Made by a program: the position numbers and the translations under genes
Part shown: positions 8,735 to 16,978 of the stretch, piece by piece
Layout: the number at the start of each line of letters is the position of its first letter
Position numbering within the stretch: the stretch's first letter is position 1
Notes under the pieces: model-generated
Told to the model about the DNA's origin: nothing
Databases searched by the model: none
The model's input: the letters and a program-made list of their open reading frames with translations, nothing else
Assembly: GCA_041751695.1 (NCBI GenBank)
Contig: JBGSWX010000156.1
Span: 1 to 25,130 of the forward strand
DNA: 25,130 nucleotides
Source of the DNA: Burkholderiaceae bacterium
GTDB taxonomy: Bacteria; Pseudomonadota; Gammaproteobacteria; Burkholderiales; Burkholderiaceae_F
Direction of reading: 5' to 3'

Positions 8735-8738
8735 GCCC
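8612..8738. repeat. ATGAG-anchored palindromic (REP-like) tandem element
   Basis: ATGAG at 8612, 8690 and 8731. Direct repeat 8661-8697 vs 8702-8738 is 31/37 identical with a 41-bp period. Hairpin GGTCCCTCC-t-GGAGGGACC (8648-8666) extends to about 8643-8670 with one bulge. Confidence 0.75.
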
Positions 8739-10569
8739 GAAGGACGGGGCCGCTGTCCTGAGCAATACGACGCAACCGCGCGAAAAGATCGCGCGCGCAC
8801 AGCCGGTGCAGGCGCCACCGGGCCGCGTCACGAGCGGCTACGTGATCAAACAGCTCGTGGTCGATGGATTGTTGTCGGCCGCCGATGCCGAGCGCTTCAA
8901 GATGACCGGCGGCCGCGAGCGTGCCGGGCATCCGCTGGTGGTCCTGGCCGAGATGAACTACCGCTCGCCGCAGGCCGATCGGCAATTGCTCGATCTCGAA
9001 ACGCTAACGCGCTGGATTTCCGAAAAAGCCGCGCTGCCGTACTTCCACATCGATCCGCTGAAGGTCGATTTCACGCGCGTCGTCGATGTGATGTCGGCGT
9101 CGTACGCGACGACGTATTCGATCCTGCCGGTGTTGATGACTCCCACCGAAGTCACGATCGCCACCAGCGAGCCGTTCCTGACCGGCTGGGATCGCGAGAT
9201 CGAACAGATCACCAAGAAAGCCGTACTGCGCGTCGTCGCCAATCCGCTCGACGTTGCGCGCTACACCACCGAATTCTTCAAGCTTGCGCAGCAGGTGCGC
9301 GGCGCGGCGAAAACCGGCAGCACAGCGCTGGTCTCGAGCTTCGAACAGCTGGTCGAGCTCGGCGGCAAGGTCGAGGCCAACGACGCGCACGTCATTCATA
9401 TCGTCGACTGGCTGCTGCAATACGCGTTCGATCAGCGCGCGAGCGATATTCATCTTGAGCCGCGGCGCGAATTCGGCGTCGCAAGATTCCGCATCGACGG
9501 CGTATTGCATCAGGTGTACCAGGTGCCGGCCGGCGTGATGGGCGCGATGACGAGCCGCATCAAGCTGCTCGGTCGCATGGACGTGGTCGAGAAGCGGCGT
9601 CCTCAAGACGGGCGCATCAAGACCAAGGTTTCAACGGGGCAGAACGCGGGGCGCGAGGTCGAGATCCGTTTGTCGACGCTGCCGACAGCGTTCGGCGAAA
9701 AACTCGTGATGCGCATTTTCGATCCCGAAGTCGTGGTGCGCAGCTACGCCGAGCTTGGCTTCGCCAACGAAGAGGCGAAGCTATGGGAGAACTGGATCCA
9801 TCGTCCCTCCGGCATCGTGTTGGTCACGGGGCCGACCGGCTCCGGCAAGACCACGACGCTGTATTCGACGCTGAAGCAGCTGGCAACCGACGAAGTCAAC
9901 GTCAGCACGGTCGAGGACCCGATCGAGATGGTCGATCCGGCGCTAAACCAGATGCAGGTTCAGCACGGCATCGATCTTGGCTTCTCCGACGGCCTGCGCG
10001 CATTGATGCGGCAGGATCCGGACATCATCATGGTGGGCGAAATTCGCGACAAGGAAACGGCCGACATGGCGGTGCAGGCTGCGCTGACCGGCCATCTGGT
10101 GTTCTCGACGTTACACACCAACGATGCCGCGTCGTCGATCGCGCGGCTAATGGAACTCGGCGTGCCGAACTATCTGGTCAACGCCACCCTGGTCGGCGTC
10201 CTGGCGCAGCGGCTGATACGCACGCTGTGCCCGCACTGCAAGGCGCTCGGTGAGCCGATCGATCCTGTCCTGTGGAAAGAGCTCGTCAATCCGTGGCGCT
10301 CAAATATTCCGGACAAGGTCTACAAACCGGTCGGCTGCCTCGAATGCCGCAACACCGGCTACATGCGCCGCACTGGATTGATCGAGATGCTGGTGATGAC
10401 CGACGCGATGCGGGCACTGGTGTCGCAGCAGGGCGACATCGTCAAGCTGCGCAATCAGGCCGCGCGCGATGGGTTGAAGTCCTTACGCCTGTCCGGTGCG
10501 CAGAAAATTGCGCACGGTGTGACGACGATGGAGGAGGTGCTGAAGGCGGCGCCGCCGTTTACTACTTAG
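8731..10569 (+). CDS. GspE/PulE/PilB-family type II secretion / type IV pilus assembly ATPase, 612 aa
   Basis: RASDIHLEP, KRRPQDGRI, Walker A GPTGSGKTT, Asp box VEDPIE, Walker B RQDPDIIMVGEIRD, His box STLHTND, tetracysteine CPHC...GCLEC. Confidence 0.93.
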   Translation: MSPKDGAAVLSNTTQPREKIARAQPVQAPPGRVTSGYVIKQLVVDGLLSAADAERFKMTGGRERAGHPLVVLAEMNYRSPQADRQLLDLETLTRWISEKAALPYFHIDPLKVDFTRVVDVMSASYATTYSILPVLMTPTEVTIATSEPFLTGWDREIEQITKKAVLRVVANPLDVARYTTEFFKLAQQVRGAAKTGSTALVSSFEQLVELGGKVEANDAHVIHIVDWLLQYAFDQRASDIHLEPRREFGVARFRIDGVLHQVYQVPAGVMGAMTSRIKLLGRMDVVEKRRPQDGRIKTKVSTGQNAGREVEIRLSTLPTAFGEKLVMRIFDPEVVVRSYAELGFANEEAKLWENWIHRPSGIVLVTGPTGSGKTTTLYSTLKQLATDEVNVSTVEDPIEMVDPALNQMQVQHGIDLGFSDGLRALMRQDPDIIMVGEIRDKETADMAVQAALTGHLVFSTLHTNDAASSIARLMELGVPNYLVNATLVGVLAQRLIRTLCPHCKALGEPIDPVLWKELVNPWRSNIPDKVYKPVGCLECRNTGYMRRTGLIEMLVMTDAMRALVSQQGDIVKLRNQAARDGLKSLRLSGAQKIAHGVTTMEEVLKAAPPFTT

Positions 10570-11734
10570 ACAGCTGCCTCATCGCCCGAGTCAAGCCATC
10601 GAGCGTCATCGGGAACATCTTGCCGCCCGCAATCTGCCGGATCACCGAGATCGATTGACGGTACTGCCATAACTGTTCAGGTTCCGGGTTCAGCCAGACC
10701 GACTTTGGAAACGTCGCGAACAGCCGCTGCAGCCACACCGCGCCGGCCTCGTCGTTGTTGTATTCGACCGAGCCGCCGGGCTGCAGGACTTCATACGGGC
10801 TCATCGTCGCGTCGCCGACGAAGATCAACTTCCAATCGTGCGGATACTTGCGCAGCACGTCCCACGTCGCGTGGCGTTCGGTGTAGCGCCGCCGATTGTT
10901 GCGCCAGAGAAATTCGTAGACGCAGTTGTGAAAGTAATAGAACTCGAGATGCTTGAACTCGCTCTTGGCGGCGCTGAATAGCTCCTCGGTGCGCTTGATG
11001 TGTTCGTCCATTGTGCCGCCGACGTCAAGGAGCATGAGGACCTTGACGGTGTTGTGCCGCTCGGGCACCAGCTTTAAGTCGAGCCAGCCCGCGTTTTTTG
11101 CGGTCGATTCGATCGTGTCGTGCATGTCGAGCTCGAGCTCAGCGCCTTCGCGAGCGAATCGCCGCAGGCGACGCAGCGCCACTTTGATGTTGCGCGTACC
11201 GATCTCGACCGAGTCGTCGTAGTCGCGATAGCCGCGCATCTCCCACACCTTGACGGCCGACTTGCCGCCCTTGGATGCGCCGCCAATGCGAATGCCTTCC
11301 GGATGCGCGCCGCCGTGGCCAAACGGTGACGTGCCGCCCGAGCCGATCCACTTGCTCCCGCCGTGGTGCGCGCCGTCCTGTTCTTCGAGCCGCTTGCGAA
11401 ACTCTTCCATCAGTTTGTCCCAGCCGAGCTTCTCGAGCTTCGCGATCTCCTCCGGCGAAAACGTGCGCTCCAGCATTTGCTTGAACCACTCGTCGGGAAT
11501 TTCCTTCGCAAAGTCGATCGCGGTCTGCACGCCGCGAAAATATTCGCCGAAGGCACGATCGAAGCGGTCGAACTGCGTTTCGTCTTTGACCAGCGTCGTC
11601 CGCGACAGGAAGTAGAACTGGTCGATCGAGGGTCCGATCACGCCACACTTCAGCGCATCGAGCAAGGTAAGCAGCTCGTTGATCGAAACCTTGAGCTTCG
11701 CTTGGCGCAGATGAAAGAAGAAGTCGATCAGCAT
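10562..11734 (-). CDS. VWA-domain protein (COG3825-like partner of MoxR), 390 aa
   Basis: MLIDFFFHLR, KWIGSGGTSPFGHGG, NIKVALRRLRRFAREG, degenerate MIDAS LLDVGGTM, YFHNCVYE, IFVGDATMSPYE, WLNPEP. Confidence 0.85.
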   Translation of the reverse strand: MLIDFFFHLRQAKLKVSINELLTLLDALKCGVIGPSIDQFYFLSRTTLVKDETQFDRFDRAFGEYFRGVQTAIDFAKEIPDEWFKQMLERTFSPEEIAKLEKLGWDKLMEEFRKRLEEQDGAHHGGSKWIGSGGTSPFGHGGAHPEGIRIGGASKGGKSAVKVWEMRGYRDYDDSVEIGTRNIKVALRRLRRFAREGAELELDMHDTIESTAKNAGWLDLKLVPERHNTVKVLMLLDVGGTMDEHIKRTEELFSAAKSEFKHLEFYYFHNCVYEFLWRNNRRRYTERHATWDVLRKYPHDWKLIFVGDATMSPYEVLQPGGSVEYNNDEAGAVWLQRLFATFPKSVWLNPEPEQLWQYRQSISVIRQIAGGKMFPMTLDGLTRAMRQLSK

Positions 11735-12184
11735 CTACTCGCTCCAGCGCGCATCGCCGCGTTTGGCCGGATGCTTCAAAGTGTTGTCCTCGACGCGCGG
11801 CAGATTATCGTCGATACGCAGCCACGCCAGGCGGTCCGCGAAGCACAAGTGGATCGCAGGTTCGATCTCGGCGGCGCGATCGATCGTACCGTGATGCACT
11901 GAGATCATGTCCCAGCGCTGGGGATCGATGCTCTCGGTCCACATCAACGTGCCACATCGATCGCAGAACGCGCGCCGAAATCGTTCTGACGTTGCGAGAT
12001 AGCATTGTGTCCCGTCCGTAATCGTGAAGCCGTTGCGCGGCGTATTCGCCCAGGCGATCACCGGGGCGCCGCTGGTGCGACGGCAGATGCTGCAATGACA
12101 ATAGCCGGCATCGAACACATCGACGAACCGATAGCGGATCGCTCGACAAAAGCAGCCGCCATCGAATTCGCCGCGGTAAAGCAT
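11735..12184 (-). CDS. GFA/CENP-V family Zn-binding protein, 149 aa
   Basis: GGCFCRAIRY, YCHCSICRR, FCDRCGT cysteine pattern. ATG 12184 overlaps the GNAT stop (TGATG), and its TAG abuts the VWA ATG. Confidence 0.85.
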   Translation of the reverse strand: MLYRGEFDGGCFCRAIRYRFVDVFDAGYCHCSICRRTSGAPVIAWANTPRNGFTITDGTQCYLATSERFRRAFCDRCGTLMWTESIDPQRWDMISVHHGTIDRAAEIEPAIHLCFADRLAWLRIDDNLPRVEDNTLKHPAKRGDARWSE

Positions 12185-12783
12185 CACGCTTCCCGATGCC
12201 GGGCCAATCGCCATTCGAGATGCCGCTTGACGTCGGGCCACTCGGACGCAACGATGCTGTAAATCACCGTATCGCGCACCGTGCCGTCGCGCCGCGGATG
12301 ATGGTGGCGAATCACGCCGTCTTTCTTCGCACCCAGCGCTTCGATCGCGCGCTGCGATCTGAAGTTGAAGTTGTCGGTGCGCAGGCCGACCACCCGGCAG
12401 CCGGCAGTCTCAAACGCGTGCGTCAGCAACAGCAGCTTGCACGCGGTGTTAACGGCGGTCTTCTGCCAGCGCGCCGCGTACCACGTGTAGCCGATCTCGA
12501 CCCGATCGGCTGCGCGCACGATGTCGTGATAGCGCGTGCTGCCCGCTACTGCGCCGGTGGAGAGCTCGCGCACCGCCCACGGCAGCATGTGCCCGTCTTG
12601 TTGACCTGCCAGCGCTGCATCGATGTACAAGCGCGTGCCCGCAGGCTCCGGCACGGTCGTGAACCACAGCTTCCATAGTTCTCCGTCCGCCGCGGCGGCG
12701 GCCAGCCCGTTTTCATGTTCGGGTTGCAGAGGCTCCAGGCGCACGCCGTGTCCCTCGAGCGTCACCGGCGCGACGCCGATCAT
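12184..12783 (-). CDS. GNAT N-acetyltransferase, RimJ/RimL-like, 199 aa
   Basis: VTLEGHGVRLEPL, GSTRYHDI, EIGYTWYA, TDNFNFRSQRAIEALGAKKDG, RDTVIYSI. ATG 12783 overlaps the MoxR stop (TGATG). Confidence 0.88.
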   Translation of the reverse strand: MIGVAPVTLEGHGVRLEPLQPEHENGLAAAAADGELWKLWFTTVPEPAGTRLYIDAALAGQQDGHMLPWAVRELSTGAVAGSTRYHDIVRAADRVEIGYTWYAARWQKTAVNTACKLLLLTHAFETAGCRVVGLRTDNFNFRSQRAIEALGAKKDGVIRHHHPRRDGTVRDTVIYSIVASEWPDVKRHLEWRLARHREA

Positions 12784-13634
12784 CAGCGATTCTGGCGCGC
12801 CATGAACACGAGCCGCTCGAACAGATGCATGTCCTGCTCGTTCTTCAACAGCGCGCCCGCCAGTGGCGGCACGACCAGCTTGTCGTCCTTCGAGCGCAGC
12901 GCATCGACCGGAATCTGCTCGGCCACCAAGAGCTTCAGCCAATCGAGCAATTCGGATGTCGACGGCTTTTTCTTCAGGCCCGGCAGGTCACGCGTGCCGA
13001 AGAAAACCGCCAGCGCGTTTTGCAGAAGCTCTTTGCGCAGCTTCGGAAAATGAACGTCGACGATGGCCTGCATCGTCTCTTTGTCCGGAAACTTGATGTA
13101 GTGAAAAAAGCAGCGCCGAAGAAACGCATCCGGCAGCTCTTTCTCGTTGTTCGACGTGATCACGACCAGCGGTCGATGGCGCGCCTGCACCGTCTGACGC
13201 GTCTCGTAAACGAAAAATTCCATCCGATCGAGCTCGCGCAGCAAGTCGTTCGGAAATTCGATATCGGCCTTGTCGATCTCGTCGATCAGCAACACATTCG
13301 GCTGCCCGGCCTCGAACGCCTGCCACAGCACGCCCTTGACGATGTAGTTCTGAATGTCCTGCACACGGGCGTCGCCCAGTTGCGAGTCGCGCAGCCGTGA
13401 AACGGCGTCGTACTCGTACAGGCCCTGCTGTGCCTTGGTGGTCGACTTGATGTGCCACGCCAGCAGCGGCATATCGAGCGCACGCGCCACTTCTTCGGCC
13501 AGCATGGTCTTGCCGGTGCCGGGTTCACCCTTGATCAACAGCGGCCGCTGCAACGTCAACGCAGCGTTGACTGCGAGTTTCAAATCATCGGTCGCGACGT
13601 AGGTGTCGGAGCCTTCAAAGCGCGGTGTCGGCAC
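12783..13634 (-). CDS. MoxR-family AAA+ ATPase, 283 aa
   Basis: Walker A GEPGTGKT, QGLYEYDAVSRLRD, Walker B LLIDEIDKADIEFPNDLL, TSNNEKELPDAFLRRC. Confidence 0.92.
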   Translation of the reverse strand: MPTPRFEGSDTYVATDDLKLAVNAALTLQRPLLIKGEPGTGKTMLAEEVARALDMPLLAWHIKSTTKAQQGLYEYDAVSRLRDSQLGDARVQDIQNYIVKGVLWQAFEAGQPNVLLIDEIDKADIEFPNDLLRELDRMEFFVYETRQTVQARHRPLVVITSNNEKELPDAFLRRCFFHYIKFPDKETMQAIVDVHFPKLRKELLQNALAVFFGTRDLPGLKKKPSTSELLDWLKLLVAEQIPVDALRSKDDKLVVPPLAGALLKNEQDMHLFERLVFMARQNR

Positions 13635-13664
13635 GGCTACGTACGTGGTTGAACAGGTGAATCG

Positions 13665-13670
13665 AGTATA
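13665..13670 (-). promoter_or_regulatory. Possible -10 element (TATACT) for the MoxR operon
   Basis: TATACT on the minus strand about 30 nt upstream of the GTG start; no convincing -35. Confidence 0.3.
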
Positions 13671-13713
13671 CCCATCGAGCGAGCCGAGCTTGGTCGCAAC
13701 GAGAACGCTCCGC

Positions 13714-13719
13714 TACAAT
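13714..13719 (+). promoter_or_regulatory. Possible -10 element (TACAAT) for the cytochrome c pair
   Basis: TACAAT 31 nt upstream of ATG 13751; only a weak TTGgtc 18 nt upstream of it. Confidence 0.35.
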
Positions 13720-13750
13720 CACGCGCTGGCAGATCACGACTCGAACATAG

Positions 13751-14116
13751 ATGAGGCTCTCTTCATTGCTGCTCTCAGGCGCCTTGTTGGCGATAGCGCA
13801 GTCCAGCGCGGCGCAAGACAACAAGACGGCTGCAGGGGCGGCAACAGCACACTCCGACGTGCCGGTGTCGATGTGCATCGGCTGTCATTCGATCCCCGGC
13901 TATCAAGCCTCGTTTCCGTCGGTGTATCGAGTGCCGAAGATCGGCGGGCAAAGTCAGCAGTACATCGAAGCCGCGCTCAGAGCCTATCGGCAGGGCGCTC
14001 GCAATCATCCCTCGATGACTGCGGTGGCGCGGGGACTGACCGACCAGCAAATTTCCGCGGTAGCCGCGTACTACGAGGCGCGCGGCAATAGTCCCTTGGT
14101 GGCGGTGTCCAAATGA
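13751..14116 (+). CDS. Single-haem class I cytochrome c (c553/c4-like), 121 aa
   Basis: Signal peptide, CIGCH haem motif, VPKIGGQSQQYIEAALRAY, distal Met in RNHPSM. Confidence 0.9.
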   Translation: MRLSSLLLSGALLAIAQSSAAQDNKTAAGAATAHSDVPVSMCIGCHSIPGYQASFPSVYRVPKIGGQSQQYIEAALRAYRQGARNHPSMTAVARGLTDQQISAVAAYYEARGNSPLVAVSK

Positions 14117-14457
14117 ACGGCGGCATCAAGACGAAGTTCGCGTGGGTCGCCGGGTTTGCGATGGCAGTTGCCGCGCCGGCGGCGGCACAGAATGCAAAAA
14201 AAGGCGAAGCGTTGGCGCAGCATCAGTGCGCCGCGTGCCATGGCAAGGACTTCCTAACGCCGATCGATGCGACCTACCCGAAACTGGCCGGGCAGTATCA
14301 GGATTATCTTGAGAAGTCGCTGCGCGATTACAAAACCGGCGCCCGCAAGAATGCGATCATGAACGGCATCGCGAAGCCACTGACGCGCGGCGATATTCGC
14401 GACGTGTCATCCTATCTCGCAGCGTTGCCCGGCCCGCTGAGTAACGAGAAGCGTTAA
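14113..14457 (+). CDS. Single-haem class I cytochrome c (c553/c4-like), 114 aa
   Basis: Signal peptide, CAACHG, YPKLAGQYQDYL, RKNAIM; ATGA overlap with the preceding cytochrome gene. Confidence 0.9.
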   Translation: MNGGIKTKFAWVAGFAMAVAAPAAAQNAKKGEALAQHQCAACHGKDFLTPIDATYPKLAGQYQDYLEKSLRDYKTGARKNAIMNGIAKPLTRGDIRDVSSYLAALPGPLSNEKR

Positions 14458-15104
14458 GAACGTTCTGCAGGCGCCAGCGTCTTGCGCCGGTACTCGCACC
14501 ATTGCACGATCGAGCAGCGCCAGCATTCGGGCACGCGCGCTTTGCAGACGTAGCGTCCGTGCAGAATCAGCCAGTGATGCGCGTTTTTCTTGAATTCGTC
14601 CGGCGTGAACTTCAGCAGGCGGCGCTCGACCTCCACGACATCCTTACCCGGCGCCAGATTCGTCCGGTTGGAAACTCTGAAAATGTGAGTGTCGACCGCG
14701 ATCGTCGGTTCGCCGAATGCCGTGTTCAACACGACGTTGGCGGTTTTGCGTCCGACGCCCGGGAGCGCTTCGAGCGCTTCGCGCTCGCGCGGCACGCCGC
14801 CGTTGTGTTGCTCGACGAGAATTTGCGACAACCGCATCACGTTGCTCGCCTTGGTTCTATACAGGCCGATCGTGCGGATGTATTCGGTCAAGCGCTCCGC
14901 ACCGAGCTTCAGTATTGCAGCCGGCGTGTTGGCGACCTTATAAAGCTCGCGCGTTGCCAGGTTGACGCTGCGGTCGGTCGCTTGCGCCGACAAGACGACC
15001 GCCACCAGCAGCTCGAACGGAGTCGAGTAGGCAAGCTCGGTCGTGGGGTGTGGATTGAGCGCTTGCAGCGTCTCGTAAATCGCGCGTCGCCTGGCGGGAT
15101 TCAT
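14454..15104 (-). CDS. nth: Endonuclease III, 216 aa
   Basis: [16 protein letters not shown], helix-hairpin-helix [22 protein letters not shown], [4Fe-4S] motif [17 protein letters not shown]. Confidence 0.97.
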   Translation of the reverse strand: MNPARRRAIYETLQALNPHPTTELAYSTPFELLVAVVLSAQATDRSVNLATRELYKVANTPAAILKLGAERLTEYIRTIGLYRTKASNVMRLSQILVEQHNGGVPREREALEALPGVGRKTANVVLNTAFGEPTIAVDTHIFRVSNRTNLAPGKDVVEVERRLLKFTPDEFKKNAHHWLILHGRYVCKARVPECWRCSIVQWCEYRRKTLAPAERS

Positions 15105-15697
15105 CGCCCGGCCGCGGTCCTGCGCTGGCGCGCGCGATCGATCGCAGCAGCGACGACCGCACTTTGTTGCTGAACGTCCGTAGGCTCAGGCTCGCGCTCA
15201 GGCCGTTTCGGCACAGTGCGCTGCCGTTCGATGTGAGTGTGATAGCGGGCGCGTGCGGCTTGTGCATCGCTCACTGTCCACGCGCGCGCCGGCGCAACTG
15301 GAACCATCGAGATGCAATCCATCGGGCACGGCGGCAGGCACAGATCGCACCCGGTGCAGAGCGAAGCGATCACCGAGTGCATGCGCTTGGATGCCCCGAC
15401 GATCGCATCGACCGGGCACGCCGGAATGCACAACGTGCAGCCGATGCATCGGCCTTCGTCGATCACCGCCAGCATTAACGGCTGCTCGACGCCGTTGGCG
15501 GGATTCAGCGGCAGCGGAACGCGGCCCAGCAGCTGTGCGAGTTTCTCAACGCCGGCTACGCCGCCTGGAGGGCATTGATTGATCTCGGCCGCACCGGCGG
15601 CAATCGCGTCGGCATAAGGGCGGCAACCTTCGTAACCGCATTTCGTGCACTGCGTTTGCGGAAGCAGGGCGTCGATAGCCTCAGTCAGCCGCGACAT
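15101..15697 (-). CDS. rnfB: RnfB/RsxB-like Fe-S protein without N-terminal membrane anchor, 198 aa
   Basis: [19 protein letters not shown]...NQCPPGG plus two ferredoxin motifs ([32 protein letters not shown]); ATGA overlap with nth. Confidence 0.88.
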   Translation of the reverse strand: MSRLTEAIDALLPQTQCTKCGYEGCRPYADAIAAGAAEINQCPPGGVAGVEKLAQLLGRVPLPLNPANGVEQPLMLAVIDEGRCIGCTLCIPACPVDAIVGASKRMHSVIASLCTGCDLCLPPCPMDCISMVPVAPARAWTVSDAQAARARYHTHIERQRTVPKRPEREPEPTDVQQQSAVVAAAIDRARQRRTAAGR

Positions 15698-15701
15698 TCG
15701 G

Positions 15702-16937
15702 CTATGAATTGGCCTGGATGAATTTCGCGATCTCAGGCGCAATCTTTCCGCGCCAGCGACGCCCGCTGAAAATACCGTAGTGGCCGGTGCGCTCGGCCGT
15801 CATGTGCCGCTTTTTTGACTTTGGTATGTTTCTGCACAACTCGTGCGCGGCTTGCGTCTGGCCGCTGCCCGAAATGTCGTCGAGCTCGCCCTCGATCGTG
15901 AACAGCGCCACCGTGCGGATATCCTGCGGCTTCACCAGCTGCCCGCGCACTCGCCACTTGCCGTCGGGCAGCAGATGCTCCTTGAACACGATCTTGATCG
16001 TGTCAAGGTAGTACTCCGCGGGCAGATCGATCACCGCGTTGTACTCGTCGTAGAACTCGCGATGACCGTCGGCGTCCTCCTGATCGCCTTTGACCAGGTC
16101 GAGGTAATAATCCCAGTGCGACTTCAAATGCCGGTCCGGATTCATCGCAACAAAACCGGCGTGTTGCAGAAAACCCGGATACACACTGCGCAGATAACCG
16201 GGATGCGCTGCCGGCACCTTGAAGATGACATTGTTGGCAAACCAGTGTGCGCTTTTTCGCATCGCCAGCGCATTGACCTGAGTTGGATTGCGGCGCGGAT
16301 CGATCGGGCCGCCCATCATCGTCATCGACTTCGGCAGCTTCGGGTCCTGATTGCTCGCCATCAGCGAAATGGCTGCAAGCACCGGCACGGTAGGCTGGCA
16401 CACGGAGATAACGTGCAAGTCCGGGCCGAGCAGCTGCACGAACTCGATAACGTAGTCGACGTAGTCGTCGAGGTGAAACGGCCCCGCGGACACCGGGACC
16501 AGCCGGGCATTGATCCAGTCGGTGATGTACACGTCGTGGGTTGGCAGCAGCGCTCGCACCGTATCGCGCAGCAAAGTTGCATGATGCCCAGACAGCGGCG
16601 CCACGATCAATATCGTCGGATCGGCGGCGTGATCTGCAACCTTGGGCGGTAGCGTGCGTGTGAAGTGAAGCAGCCGGCAAAACGGCTTCACGAGAACGAC
16701 CTCTTCGCCGACGGCAACGTCCACGCCGTCAATTTGCGTTGACGTTAGCCCGAACTCGGGCTTCTCGTAGTGCTTGCCGAGCCGATACAACAGGTCATAA
16801 CCCGCAGCGATCCGTCGCGACAGCGGCGTGTAGGCCCATGGGCTGTAGGGATTCGAGAACAATTGCGACGTTGCCCGAGCCCACTCCGAGAGCGGGTTCC
16901 ACAGACGACGCTGCATTTCATGCAGGTGATAGAGCAC
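15702..16937 (-). CDS. phaZ: Intracellular polyhydroxyalkanoate depolymerase (PhaZa1 type), 411 aa
   Basis: [30 protein letters not shown], cysteine nucleophile box [34 protein letters not shown]. Confidence 0.93.
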   Translation of the reverse strand: MLYHLHEMQRRLWNPLSEWARATSQLFSNPYSPWAYTPLSRRIAAGYDLLYRLGKHYEKPEFGLTSTQIDGVDVAVGEEVVLVKPFCRLLHFTRTLPPKVADHAADPTILIVAPLSGHHATLLRDTVRALLPTHDVYITDWINARLVPVSAGPFHLDDYVDYVIEFVQLLGPDLHVISVCQPTVPVLAAISLMASNQDPKLPKSMTMMGGPIDPRRNPTQVNALAMRKSAHWFANNVIFKVPAAHPGYLRSVYPGFLQHAGFVAMNPDRHLKSHWDYYLDLVKGDQEDADGHREFYDEYNAVIDLPAEYYLDTIKIVFKEHLLPDGKWRVRGQLVKPQDIRTVALFTIEGELDDISGSGQTQAAHELCRNIPKSKKRHMTAERTGHYGIFSGRRWRGKIAPEIAKFIQANS

Positions 16938-16978
16938 CGATGTCCTTGAAAGAGGTGGAAGAGGCGATACGGAGCAAA

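Noticed and set aside
8661-8738. 37-bp direct repeat considered as a CRISPR array
   Set aside because: Only two degenerate copies 4 nt apart, no spacer-length unique sequence and no cas genes; better explained as a tandem REP-like unit.
15101-15697. Evidence for a complete Rnf complex
   Set aside because: Only the B subunit is present, without its membrane anchor; no rnfA, C, D, G or E in the window.
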